This document shows positions 22,629 through 35,471 of a stretch of 64,000 nucleotides of DNA, piece by piece; positions within the stretch are counted from its first letter, which is position 1, and each line of letters opens with the position of its first letter. Under the pieces are notes generated by a model. The model had not been told where the DNA came from. It did not search any database and saw nothing but the letters and a program-made list of their open reading frames with translations. Both the position numbers and the translations under genes were made by a program. The DNA is from Dendrobates tinctorius (lineage: Eukaryota): NCBI RefSeq assembly GCF_039654945.1, contig NW_027361696.1:47616001-47680000 (forward strand), read 5' to 3'.

Positions 22629-24885
22629 TAGAGATTGGGGAACCCCTGGATGTTCGGGTCCGGTCGAACAGTTAAAAATAAAAGTTTGGGTACCAGAACA
22701 GCACCTGACACCATTCACTTGAATGGGGGCCCCGAACATCCAGTGTTTGTCACGCTGGGATGTGTATGACAGCGCGGCAAGCACTGCTTCTGATAGGCGG
22801 TAAAATCAGCTTGAGCCCGCAGCTGTGATCAGAGGTAAAAGGTTTACCTCCAGTCACTGGCGTCAGCTGATGGGACTACATCAGCCTATGCCTGCTGCCG
22901 CTAATAACAGCAAGAGCCAATTCTGTCGCTTTGGGGTCCTGTTTGTAGGGTTGATGTCACCTTTGTATTGGCCGGTGACATCAAGCCCAAGGCTTAGTAA
23001 TGGAGAGGCGTTTATAAGACACCTATCCATTACTAATCTTAGTTATATGGTAAATAAACCCACAACCTGTATAAAGTCATTTATGTGAAAGAATGACACA
23101 CTCTTTAATATTAGATTCTAAATTAAACCATGCTCGCGTTATCACCCATTCTATTGAAGCAATCGTCTCCTGTAATAAAAAAAAAACAATCATATCCCTC
23201 ACCTGCCCTTCATTCTGTCCCATGCCGTAAACCATGTCTGGAGATAAACCGTTTTCAACCTCGACGGTGCCAAGATGCAACCGTCCAGGCTGAAAACCAA
23301 TGATGAATTAACTTCTGTGAGCGCAGTTCAGTTACTAGTGGTGACATCATCGAAGTTACTGCAGTTCACTGATGCTGTGTTTCCAGCCGGTCCAATGAAC
23401 TGCGGTGACCTTGGTGAGATCAGAGCTGAACCGTGAGACTTTTTTGTGCTAGCGGTGATCACGATAGTTCAGTGGCCTGTTCGATGCAGCTCATTCTTCC
23501 CTGCTTCTCAGCATGAACAGTCGCATGATGCCACCATTCATGCTGAAGAGCACATGTACAGATGGATTACGGCATAGGAGACTATGGATTCCAGCCCCCC
23601 CTCTATCCATTCCTCATCCCGCCATCCATCCTTATTCCTGCCATCCATCCCTCATCCATCCAGCCATCTATCCGTTCCTCATCCAGCCAGTCATCTCTCA
23701 TCCAGCCATACCTCAATCCATCCATCCCTCACTCATCCATCCAACCCTCATCCAGCCATATCTTCATTCCACTCATCCTCATTGACCGTCGGTAACCTCA
23801 ATGACATCACCATCTCATTCATTGGTGGTTCTCAGCCTGGACGGTCACATCTTGACACCGTCCAGGTTGAAAACTTTATCCCCAGACGTGGATTACGGCG
23901 TGTGACAGAACGACGGACAGGTGAGGGATTTTTTTTTTTTGTTCTTTTATTACAGGAGATGAGGGCTTCAATTTAATGATTTGATAGGTGTGTTTTGTTT
24001 TTTATTTCAAACGAAAGACTTTATACTTGCTGTGTCTTTACTTTCGATACCACTCTAGGATTAGTAATGGATAGGTGTCCTATAGATGCCTCTCCATTAC
24101 TAAGCCATGGGCTTGATGTCACTGGACAGTGCAAAGGTGATATCAACCCCACAGATATGAACCCCACTTGCCACTGATACAGGGCAAGTGGGAAGAGCCG
24201 TGCAAAGAGCCAGAATTGGCGCATTTAATAAATGCGCCTTTTCTGGTGCGGTTGGGGCGGACCAATATCCATTGCCCCTTACTAGCCCTCAGCTGTCTGT
24301 TTTAGCATAGCTGGTTGTCAGAAATAGGGGGGACCCCCACCCCGTTTTTTTAAATTATTTAAATTTAACAAAAAAGCGTAGGGAACCCTCTGTTCTTGAT
24401 ATCCAGCATTGCTAACGCTGACAGCTGAAGATTGCACTTTTTTGCTTGGCTGATCATCAAAAATACAGGGGAACCCATGCCGTTTTTCTTTTGTGCAGGC
24501 GGCTGCTGATGAATACTCCCATCAGCCACTGCCTACTCTCTCTGTTATTAGCGGCAGCAGGCAAAGGCTAATGGAAGCAATAGTCCCATCAGTCAACGCC
24601 AGGGACCGAAAGTAAACTTGTTACCTCTGATCACAGCTGCGGGCTTAAGCACTCATTTGACACCGTGGGAACCGCAGCTGTATGACTGGCTGTAATGATC
24701 TTACTGCCGATCAGAAGCAGTGTTTGCTGCGCTGTCATGCACATGACAGCATGAGAAACACCCGGTGTTCGGGGGGCGAACAGTAACACGGACTTCCTGG
24801 TGAACTCCGTGTTCGGTGTCTGTACCCGAGCAGCAGATGTTTGGTATGGACACCAAACTTTACTGTTCAGGTTCACCCATCTCTA
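22629..24885. mobile_element. Non-autonomous hAT element
   Basis: TIR TAGAGATTGGGGAAC / GTTCACCCATCTCTA, 8-bp TSD CTCATCAC (22621-28/24886-93). Confidence 0.85.
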
Positions 24886-25254
24886 CTCATCACTAGTAGC
24901 AACCTATAGAGATTAAGTGCAACTTGCTATCAAAATTCCAACAGTTGGGATTTAGTGCGATTTTTGTCAAAGTGACCATATTGGCAATCAATAGATATGG
25001 TATTACGCGTGGTCCTATCCTGACCGTACGTACACAACCACATCTCTATAGCTCCAGCTCACTCTTAGGATCGTAGCTAACATTTCAGATTTGTGTATAA
25101 CTTATTAAAGCTGTTCTTCTTGGGACAACCAAGAAAATATCCGATTCTTTGATGCACTCATTGTTGGAGACCTTGAAAACAATAATACAAAAATATAAAG
25201 TTGAAATTTTCTTGCTGTTGAAGTCACAAGATATCTGCAACAGCAAAGCGATAA

Positions 25255-25340
25255 CCAGTGAAACTGAAAGTGCAGAGTGTCGGAGATGTGTGTTATAAGC
25301 TCTGACCCTGCACATGGAGTTGCTTGCTTTTTATACCCTG
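25255..25340 (-). promoter_or_regulatory. Candidate promoter of IRG copy 1 (IRF-E/ISRE + TATA)
   Basis: AGTGAAACTGAAAGT 25258-25272 and minus-strand TATAAAAAG at about 25327-25335, in unique sequence about 4 kb upstream of the copy-1 acceptor. Confidence 0.55.
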
Positions 25341-25843
25341 TTTCTTCTCCCTTTTCCCCCCTTCTATAGACAGATCCGCCGGAAAAAGTGCTCTCTTACG
25401 TACCTTGCTCTCCGCTCTTTCTTCCTATTTATTGAAGTTCTAGATGTGATGTCATAGGGAGGTGCTTGTGCATAATGTGAATCCTAGAAATTGTGAAAGA
25501 GGAGATGTCACTGGGCGGGAGAGGATGTGATATAGCACAGAAGCTGCTGAGTGCAGGACAGACTATAAATAGTGGTCAGATCAAAAAGTATGAAAAATGT
25601 GTAAACATCATAACTAGGAGGCCAAAGTCTGAGGGTTTTCTTTCCACTCCCACCCAAAGAAAATGCATCCAGTATCTTTCTCTGCTTCGCCCCTCCTGGC
25701 CCTACAGCGGCTGCATGGTTTTTTTTGTCTTTGCAGGGTGGAAGTACGGCATTGATTTGCAACAGCGGAAATGTTTTTTGCAGATATCATGACTGATAAC
25801 TTTAGAGAATTAGCAGCCGGAAGGATGAGGATCCAAGCACTAA

Positions 25844-27965
25844 GGGTATGTTTCCACGGTCAGGATTTGACGCAGGTAAAATCTGCACCAGATCTGCATC
25901 AGAGGTCACTGGCAGGTCACCTGCCTTTTTGATGCTTTTTTTTTCATGCAGATTTGTATGCATTTTTTTGTAAGCTAAATAAAGCTATAATATTTAACAA
26001 AAAAAAAAGAATTGTGATGTAATTTCCTTGTCCAACCTCTTCTTTTACATACTCCATTGAAGAATGTTTACACACACAGATAGATAGATAATAGACAGAT
26101 AGATATGGGTTAGATAGACGGCACTCAGGACCGGAGCGTTCAGCTGCATAGAAATACATTCAGCTGCACATTCCGGTCCCAAGTGCAGTGCCGAATACAG
26201 AGGTGCGAGACTCATGCGAGTTTCTCGCATGTCTGACCCCGGTCTAATATGCAATGTCCTTTTCCTTTTTTTTTTTTTTTTTTTTTAATAATTTAAAAAA
26301 AAATGGTGTGGGCTTCTGCGCAATTTTCTGCGCCAGAGAGGGAAAGCCAGCTACTGGGGGACAATATTTATAGCCTGGGAAGGGGTTAATTCTCATGGAT
26401 ATTCCCAGACTTGGAATATCAGCCCACAGCTGTCTGCATAGCCTTTACTGGCTATTAAAATAGGGGTGCCCCCCAAAAATTAATAGCCAGAAAGACTATG
26501 CAGACAGCTGCGGGCTGAAATTCATAGCCTAGGAAGGGCCCCCCCCTGGTTACAAACTCCAGCACACAGCTGCCCCAGAAATGGTGCATCTGTAAGATGC
26601 GCCAATTCTGGCAATTATCCTCTCTCTTTCCACTGCCGAGTAGCGGTGAGCTATGGGGTAATAAGGGGTTAATGATTGTAAGGTAACATCAAGCCCGATT
26701 AGTAATGGAGAGGCGTCAGTAAGACGCCTCTCCATTACTAATCCTATAGTATGTAACGGGTTAAAAAAAAAACCAGCCAGAAAAAAGTATTAAATAAAAT
26801 ACCACACAGTTTTGCCATTTTATTATACGCCTAATTCCCCGAAGCCCTCGATCTAAAAAAAAAAAATAATAAACACAAATACTTTCTGTCCGACGTAGTC
26901 CTTAGGCCTCTTTCACACATCAGTTTTTTGCCTTCAGTCGCAATCCATCGTTTTTAGGGTCCAGTGACTGACGGTGGATCCGTTTTTTTCTCATAGACTT
27001 GTATTAGTGACGGATGGCCTCACGTTTCGTCCGTCGTTCACTGGATGAGTCAGAAATTTTGTGTCCATCGGGCGGGGATGACGGACAAAGTAACTTTTTT
27101 GTCTCCGTCGAAAAGTTGGACAGCGACGGATCCACCGTCCATCGTTGGCTATAATGGAAGCCTATGGGCACAGGATCCGTCACTGTCCATCAAATGATGG
27201 AATCCAGTGACGTATTCTGTTTTTTTTTTTTAAACTGTGCATGCTCCAATTATTATTACCAGGTAGGGCAGTCGAATCCAGCAAAAAAACAGATCCGTCG
27301 CATCAGTTTTTCACAACGTATCTGTTTTTTCCCAAAACTGCTGGATTGCGACTGATGGCAAAAAACTGATGTGTGAAAGAGGCCTTAAAAACGAGTGTCC
27401 CACGACGAGTCCAGCTCTGCTACATCTGGATGCATGACATCCAGACATAGCAGAGCTTGTAGATGACCGTCGGAGATCTCCAGCGGTCACCTGCACTGTA
27501 GTTATAATGGTAAGCTGACCGGGAGAACTAGCCTAGTGACCGGAGATAACCTCCGGTCATGTGCATGGCAGTTCTCGCAGTAACCTATCTCGAAAACTGC
27601 AGTGGACAGGGACTTCTGGCATTAGGAGGAGGTAAGACCTTATTTAAATTAGTACACATGGGTAGTAAGCTGCGTTTACGCAGTTATTACACGTGTGACT
27701 AATCATCAGATGCGGTTTTACCGCATCTAATGATAGTCTATGGTAAATTTACGGTGTGGAGACGAAGTGTTGCCGCATTGAAAACAGACATGCGTTCTGG
27801 AAAGACGCGCCACGTGTCCGTTTACGTGGGTCTATCGCCTGCGTCTTTATACGCATAGTGAAGACGAGATTTCATGAAATCCCCTCCACTATGCTGTAAT
27901 ATCTGGACACTGCGGCTGTACGCAGCGTCAAACACGCAGCGTTTCTTGACTGTGGAAACGTACCC
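25844..27965. mobile_element. Non-autonomous Harbinger-type element
   Basis: TIR GGGTATGTTTCCACGGTCAGGA / TCTTGACTGTGGAAACGTACCC, TAA TSD. Confidence 0.8.
26905..27384. mobile_element. Harbinger-type MITE nested in 25844-27965
   Basis: Perfect TIR GGCCTCTTTCACACATCAGTTTTTTGCC, TTA TSD. Confidence 0.88.
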
Positions 27966-28374
27966 TAACTGTTTTCAATGTAACCGAGCTAAAATATTTG
28001 CAAACCCAACAATAATCCTTTTGCAGAGAACCCTGCAAAACTCCTAATACCTGCAGCATCCCCCTCGCTTCTTCTTATCAGTAGGCACTTGCGATATTTA
28101 TGTGCGTGTCACTGCAACTTAAGCTGAGGCCTACACATAAGAAGGAGCAGATCCTGCAGATCTTTTTGCTCAACTCTAATAACCATTTCTTATCCACACT
28201 TCTTGAAAGTGCATTTGGACAAAAATCAAAGCCTCCAGATAACTTCCATTCCGGGAAAATTTTTCATTCTCAAGAAAGTTTTCCAACTCCTCAAGGAGTT
28301 TGGTATGTCTTCCTTTATTCCGGTCAGTCTGAAATAATTGATAAGTATGGCGGTGTGGATTTCTCAAACCTTAA

Positions 28375-28691
28375 GGGTACGTGCACACGCTGTGGAATGC
28401 TCTGCGGATTTGGCCGCGCAGATTTTGAAAAATCCGCAGGTAAATCTGCAGGTCAAAAGACCTGCGGATTGGCCTGCGGTTTTGCCCTGCAGTTTATCAT
28501 CTCTACAATGGAGATGGTAAACAGCAGCGGAATCCGCAGAAAGAATTGACATGTCAATTCTTTCTGCGGTTTAGAAACCGCAGCAAATCCGCGCGGAAAA
28601 ATCCGCACCGTCTGCACCGCGGTTTTTTAATATCCATAGGATATTATGATGCTGTACACCGCAGCAGAATCCGCAGCGTGTGCACACACCC
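28375..28691. mobile_element. Harbinger-type MITE
   Basis: TIR GGGTACGTGCACACGCTG / CAGCGTGTGCACACACCC, TAA TSD. Confidence 0.82.
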
Positions 28692-29520
28692 TAACATGTC
28701 GATTTTTGTAGCAGATCAGTCGCAGATTTGTTGCTGATTTTCCCTATTCAATAGAAAAGAAATCCACAACTATTTTCAATTGCTTTGAATTACCATTAGA
28801 TCCAAAGCAAAATCTGAGCCCTGAAATAAAGCCTTAAAAAATAAATACAAAGATCTTTGTCTTTCATGGTGGGTTGTAAAGAATCCTATATGGAATTGGG
28901 CAGTGAAGTAATGAAACCACCCACAAGTGACTTTAGAGTCTTTGATCCTTTGTTCAGACTCTGCAGAAATCACCAGCTAACAATAATTTTTGCAATTGGG
29001 TTTCATTTAAAATGTTACACCATTTACTTTCTATAGTCTGCGTATTGCACTGTCTAGTGCTTGCTGCACAGTGAGTTCACTGAGAGTCCATCAATCAGAT
29101 CATTCAGATTGAATGATGACAGCATTTGAAATTCTTTAATTTTTACCTTTTTTTTCCGGAGCACCTCTTAATTTAAGTTGAATGCTCACAAACACGAAGC
29201 CTGTAAGAGCCAAACGTTACAAATATTTTCTTTAAACCCAATTTTCTAAAAAGAAAAAAAACTGCAGATTTTATGCCCTAATTTGCGGTAGAAAACCTGT
29301 AGCGATTTTCAGTCGCACCAAAGAGCATGAGATTTGAACACATCTCATTTACACACAGAAAATACGCTGTGCAGAATCGACAGCGAAGGAGGATAGAAAC
29401 CTGCAGAATTTTGTTTTCTATTGCATTGCATTACATTTTCTATTACATTATTCTTTTTTATCATGTCCCCAACATCACTTTCCCCCACCTCTTCATAGTG
29501 CATGTGGACACTTGCTTTCC

Positions 29521-30673
29521 TTAACCCATCCACGACCAGAGGTATTTATGTTTTTTGAGTTTTCGTTTTTTATATGGCCATGTGAGGGCATGTTTTTTTG
29601 CGGGACAAGTTGAAAAAACACCATTGGTTTTAACATATCATGTACTGGAAAATGGGGAAAAAAATTCCAAGTACGGTGAAATTGCAAAAAAGTGCAATTC
29701 CACAGTTTTTTTTTTTACCATGTTCAATAAATGCTAAAACTGACCTGCCATTATGATTCTGCAGGTCATTGAGTTTGTAGACACCAAACATGTCTAGGCT
29801 TTTTTTATTTAAGTGGTGAAAAAGAAATCAAAATTTTGTTGAAAAAAAAATGGTGCCATTTCCCGAGACTTGTAACATCTCCATTTTTCGTGATCTGGGG
29901 CTGGGTTGGGCCTTATTTTTTGCACGCCGAGGTGATGTTTTTATTGATACCATTTTGGTGAAGATACAATTATTGATCGCCTGTTATTAAATTTAATTAC
30001 AATGTAGCGGCGACCAAAAAAACGTAACTGTAACATTTTGAATTTTTTTCTCATTACGTCGCTTACCAATCGGTTTAATTCTCTTTTTATAGTGATTGGG
30101 CGATTCTGAACACAGCGATACCACATGTGTGTGTATATTTGATTTTTTTTTATTGTTTTAGTATGAATGAGACGAATAGCGGGTGATTTGAACTTTTTAT
30201 ATTTATTTATATTTTCAAAAACATTTTTTTTTACTTTTGGAATGCTTCAATAGTCTCTATGGAAGACTAGCAGCTGCACTGCTTCAATCACCTCTGTTAC
30301 ACACAGGCGATGATCAGATCGCCTGTGTGAAGAAAAAATGCTCACTTGCTATGAGCGCCAACCACCAAGCTGCACTCATAGCAATCCGGCAGTGACAACT
30401 ATAGAGGTCTGCTTCAGATCTCTGGTTGTCACACCGACCCATCATTGACCCGCATTCACGGAGTCACCAGTGGGCGGGATTTACGACACGTTTCTGGTTT
30501 TGTGCAAGTTAAATGCCACTGTCAGAGATTGACAGTAGCATTTAACTAGTTAACAGCCGCGGATGGATCGTGATTCCACCCGCGGCTGTAGCGGGCACAT
30601 GTCAGCTGTATATGTCAGCTGACATGTGCCCGGAAAGGTGTGTACTATTACACCCGATGTCGAAAATTGGTAA
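29521..30673. mobile_element. TTAA-targeting (piggyBac-type) non-autonomous element; a related copy is split across about 5800-6390 and 10950-11637
   Basis: Starts TTAACCC, right end degenerate; internal similarity to the SMG9 intron 6 segments, which end GGGGTTAA at 11637. Confidence 0.55.
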
Positions 30674-31856
30674 CGTTTTGGTGGATGTGAGTGTCCCCGG
30701 TGTTTTCTAATACCTTCAGGATTCTAGGAGGTTTTTTCACTGTTTGGGAGACTTCTGGACATTTAAAGAGAGTTTTTGAAATAATATTGACCTGCGATGT
30801 GGATTTTTCATTCCTCAAATGTCGATTCTTGTAGTGGATTGTTGCTGATTTTTCACATTAATCTAAACAGGAAAGAAAATAAATTCATAAAAAACAAATT
30901 ATTTCAAATTATCAGAGGATCCACATCTTTGAAAAAATAAAAAGTTCCTAAAAAAAATAAATAAAAAGAACTCTAAACCCTCCTCCACTGGTGCTTTCAT
31001 GGCTACTTTCCCATTCCCTTCCCTTTTGTCTCTTGAAGTCAATGCAAGACATTGTAAGGTAGCCTTATAGGAAGAAACCTGTCAATCAGTGTTTGGGTGA
31101 TGGGTACTCAGAATTCATAGATGCAGAAGGCTCTTTACTTAGCTAATTTCAAAAACTGCATGGAATACAGTGTAAATTTCTCAAAAGCTGCACCACGGAT
31201 AGACGTTTATCAACATAAAGAAGTGTCCTTATTGACTGCCAACTAGTTTCTTGACCTTGGTAAGGAATTCAAACACACAGAATGGAATAATTCATTGTTT
31301 TTGGTCTTTTTGGTGTTTTTTTTCTTTTGTGGTTTTTGCCTTTCTATCTTTAGTTTGTGCCTTTTGGTATTTGTGTCACTCCCTTTTCTCATGTATTATT
31401 ATGGACAAGTTTTGGACCATATTATTTTCTTTGGCAGTTCAAATTTTGTGTAGTTTTACGCCAGGCAAAAAGTGACCAAAAATTTTTCCAGTTACAAGTA
31501 GCCAACGAAATCTGATGGCAATTGCCATATCCATGTCTCCCCTTCCAGACCCTCTCGACGGTCTTTCATCAGCAAATTGTATCAATTAAACTTTGGAATG
31601 TGATTCAGTAAAGCGCCAACTGAAATTTTCAAGTGCAGAAATAGAGGATTATGCTGCTGTCTATCATCATCCATCCTGCCAACTGTTCCAAGTGTAAAGT
31701 GCAAATAAATAGCAATAATGGTACTCAGATGGGTAGATGCAATGACCTCTCCATCTGACCAATCCTCCTATCTTTGGTGCCAGTCAGTCTCGGCTGTTTC
31801 TATAGCTCCATCTTCAGTGGTCGGAGTATGGACACTCCACCTGAGCGGGTCAAAAT

Positions 31857-32043
31857 TCATCCTGGAGCATAATCTCTTCTATTTTAAGTATGAGCTTTGC
31901 CTGCAGTGGCTTGGCAGGACAATAGGGACATGGGTCGTCCCCAGTCTTGCAGATTTGTTTATGGAGCGTTTTGAGTCCGTCGCTGGTCTTGTCTAGTGCC
32001 CATGTCGGGCACATTAATGTAACCGTCGATATTTCGACGACTT
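31857..32043 (+). mobile_element. Penelope-like retroelement RT fragment
   Basis: FILEHNLFYF...LQWLGRTIGTWVVPSLADLFMERFE...RRYFDDL resembles the PLE RT motifs (Q..G.AMG...APS.ANLFM; RYIDD). Confidence 0.7.
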
Positions 32044-32044
32044 A

Positions 32045-32740
32045 CCGTATTTTACTGATTATAAGATGCACTTTTTTTCCCTAAAATTTGGGGGGGAAAT
32101 GGGGGGTGCATCTTATAATGCGTATATCGGTACTGTTGATGCAGGCTGGGATGAGGGGGTGCTTCTGGGATCTCCAGTGCTGCTGTGGGGGTCTCCGATG
32201 CTGCTGCTGCTGGGGTCTCCGGTGCTGCTGCTGCGGGAGTTTCTCCAACATTTTGGGAAAGGAAAGGCCAGAGCCCTCGCAGTCCCGTGGTTTCCTGTGT
32301 GGTGGATGGAGATCTTGGCACCAAGCGCTGAATTCTCATCGCCATATTCCCGGAGTCCACCGCACAGGAAACCACAGGACTGCGGGGGCTCTGGCCTTTC
32401 ACAAAATGTCAGCAGAGCCCCCCTGCAGCACCGGAGACCCCCGAAGCACCGCCGGGCACCTGCAGCGCCGGACACCCCCGCAGCACCGGACACCTGCAGC
32501 AACGCACTGCACATCGGACACCCCCTCCTCCCAGCCTGCGGCCTGCAGCATCACCCCACTCCTGCCTCCTCCAGCAGTGACCCTGGGAATCTGCTTCACC
32601 GCAGTCACCACCTCCGGTAAGCAATAAGACGCATGGGTTATAACAAGCACCACCATTTTAAAAAAAAAATTCCTATTTTTCTCCTCAAAATTTGGGGTGC
32701 GTCTTATAATCCGGAGCCTCTTATAATCTGAAAAATACGG
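32045..32740. mobile_element. TA-targeting (Tc1/mariner superfamily, pogo/Tc2-like) MITE
   Basis: TIR CCGTATTTT.C.GATTATAAGA, TA TSD; a related right end occurs at about 9800-9846. Confidence 0.8.
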
Positions 32741-32766
32741 TAGATATTAGAAAAAACTTTTTAAAA

Positions 32767-32958
32767 GTGAGGGTGATCAGTGAGTGGAATATTCTGTCAT
32801 TCATGAGAGGTTGTGAGTTCTCCTTCAAAGGAAGTCCTCAAACAGAGGCTGGACAGACACCTGTCTGAGATGGTTTTGTGAATCCTGCTTTGAGCAGGGG
32901 GTTGGACACGATGACCTTGGAGGTCCCTTCCAACTATAACATTCTAGGATTCTATGAT
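32767..32958 (+). mobile_element. CR1 LINE 3' end
   Basis: ORF2 tail EVVSSPSKEVLKQRLDRHLS, GGTCCCTTCCAAC, terminal ATTCTAGG/ATTCTATG repeats. Confidence 0.85.
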
Positions 32959-34033
32959 CTTCCATGGGACTGACTGAATCGGGCACTCTGGTCTGGTACA
33001 GGGTAACAAACTGTATAAAATCTAAAAATTCATTTGTATGATTTAAGTCTCCAAACTTTTCTGTGTAGAAAATACAGTTTGCCTCAACAATTGTTATGAA
33101 GTGGTTAAGGCAAAAAAAAAAGTCATCATCCTAGAGAAGCTCCATTTGGCCATAAGTGTCTGTTGCAGGAAAAAATGTAGTAATACATTCAAATGAAAAT
33201 CCAACCATATGTATCATGGACGGGCCATGTGTTCCAAGGTGGTGTCAAAATGTCTATTGAGAATCATTAGATGCAGTGTCCCAGCGTCGCCTGCTTGTAG
33301 CACTAGCTCTTTTCTAGGCTACGTCTGCACAACAGGTCCAAGTGCTGACTGTGGGAAAAACTGAGCTCACATGGACTGCACCAGAGCCAATGTCATTCAA
33401 CTTGCCTGTCCAAATGACAGTTTTTGACATGGACTGATTGTTCATGTGAAAGAATATACACTATTCTCTTCCAGATTTTGAATGAAACTTCAAATCTAGG
33501 TATGTACAAAAATATAAAAAATCGGATCCCAAAGCAATCATGCGAAGAGCATTCGATTTTTACATTTATATTGCATTTCTTGACATAGTGAATTGATTTT
33601 GGTCTTGTAAATTTGGTGCATAATAAACAACGGCATACAGGTGACAATAGAGATGAAAAAACTTCTGATTTTTTTTCTGGATGAAGATCGGACAGTTTTT
33701 TGGGGGCATGAACTTAGGCTTAGAATATCCGGGGATCGTAGGTGTCCTTTCAGACGTTTATAACATATCAGACTTGAGTATAATGTTTTATAGTTATCTC
33801 GAGGACAAACCCTAAAAGATCGTATTGGCTTCTGCATTGTACCAGGTTTGCTTCTCTGTGTGTTATGAGCTGTGGCCCTTCACATGGAGACGCTTCCTTT
33901 TCATATCCGTTTTTTTCCCCATCTATGGACAGATCTTCTAGATACGGAGACCTCGTGTGTTGTATTTACTTATTCAAGTTGTTGGTTGGACCTCATAGGC
34001 AGGTGCTTGTATGTAATGTGAAAGATAGAAACT

Positions 34034-34120
34034 ACAGTTGTGTGAAAAAGTGTTTGCCCCCTTCCTGATTTCCTATTCTTTTGCACGTTTGTCACACTTA
34101 AATGTTTCAGATCAACAAAC
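34034..34120 (+). mobile_element. Tc1 left-end fragment
   Basis: TA|CAGTTGTGTGAAAAAGTGTTTGCCCC typical Tc1 TIR start; no partner end seen. Confidence 0.6.
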
Positions 34121-34878
34121 AACTATTTGTAGCTAATAAAGATATCATTTTTTTATGGAATTCTATGACTGCTTCTAGTTTTTTCTTAAGCATGCTTTAT
34201 GCAGTTTTCCCGGTATGCTTCCATTAAATACACGAGTGAGTGGTAGGTGGCAATCTGCATTGATATTGTTGAAATCGTTTCCTTTCCACATGTGTTATGT
34301 TTACAACTATCTACTTATACTTTATAACTATGGGTTTAGTAATGGGGGCGTCTTATAGACACCTCTCCTTTACTAATCCCATGGGCTTGATGTCAGCGGC
34401 CATAAAAAAAGCTGACATGAACCCCAAAACTATTTTCCCACTTGTCACCGCACCAGGGCAAGTGGGAAGAGTGAGGTTAAGTGCCAGATTTGGTGCATCT
34501 TATTGATGCAGCAGTTTTGGGGCCACTGAGGGCTCATGTTATTAGGCTGGGAGAGGGGGACAATATCTATGACCCCTTCCCAGGCTATTAATATCAGCCC
34601 ACAGCTGTTAATTTGGCCTTTACAGTTTAGAATTTATAAGGAGACCCTACGTCATTTTTTCTGGAGTACCTCTCTAAACTAACCAGTAAAGGTTATGCAA
34701 ACAGCTGTGAGCTATTATAAATAATCCTGGCAACATTTAAGGCTAATGGACCCTTTTTCAGATTATTAATATTAGCCCCCAGCGGTCGGCTATTCAACTG
34801 CTGGTTATGAAAATTACTTGAGAGCACACACAGATTTTTTTTAAGTAATTTATTTATTTAGAAATAAAAAAACAAGTA

Positions 34879-35075
34879 CAGAGTGGGCCATTTATATGGT
34901 TAAACCTGGGTTGGCCATTTATATAGATACACCTAAATAAAATGGGAATGGTTGGTGAAATCAACTTCCTGTTTGTGGCACGTTAGTATATGGGAGGGGG
35001 GAAACTTTTCAAGATGGGTGGTGGCCATTTTATAAATGGCCCACCCAGGTGTATCCATATAAATGGCCATCCCTG
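34879..35075. mobile_element. Short TA-flanked MITE
   Basis: TIR CAG.G..GGCCATTTATATGG, TA TSD. Confidence 0.65.
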
Positions 35076-35471
35076 TATAGAAAAAGAAACATACAAAGCA
35101 CTGATTATATAGCACACATACATATTTCTTTCTATGTATCTATCACATTCCTCATCGCTATTTCTATCTTTGAACATCTTTGATACATAACATTCTTTAA
35201 TTTTTATGCTGCATTTCATTCCATACGGGTAACACGGACAGCACACTAACACATGCACATATTTTCGGTCAGAACGAGTTCTTGTCCAGCAATAAACAAT
35301 TCATCTCAAAGGCAATAACCGGCAAATAATGCAACACAAAGATAATGTCAATACTTTGTCTCACATTTATAAATCATTGAATCAGTTCTTAATTTCTTTG
35401 TCAAAAATGTTTTCATTGTATCCAATAACTAGAAATGTTTTGTATGCTTTATTACTATAGGATAAAGATGC

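Larger units (their letters stand above)
21823..24895. mobile_element. hAT-type MITE carrying two nested insertions
   Basis: TIR TAGTGATGAG.../...CTCATCACTA, 8-bp TSD GTAGCAAC (21815-22/24896-903). Confidence 0.85.

Noticed and set aside
33300-34030. Unique-looking stretch with short ORFs
   Set aside because: No motif recognised and no consistent exon structure; needs BLASTX/Dfam
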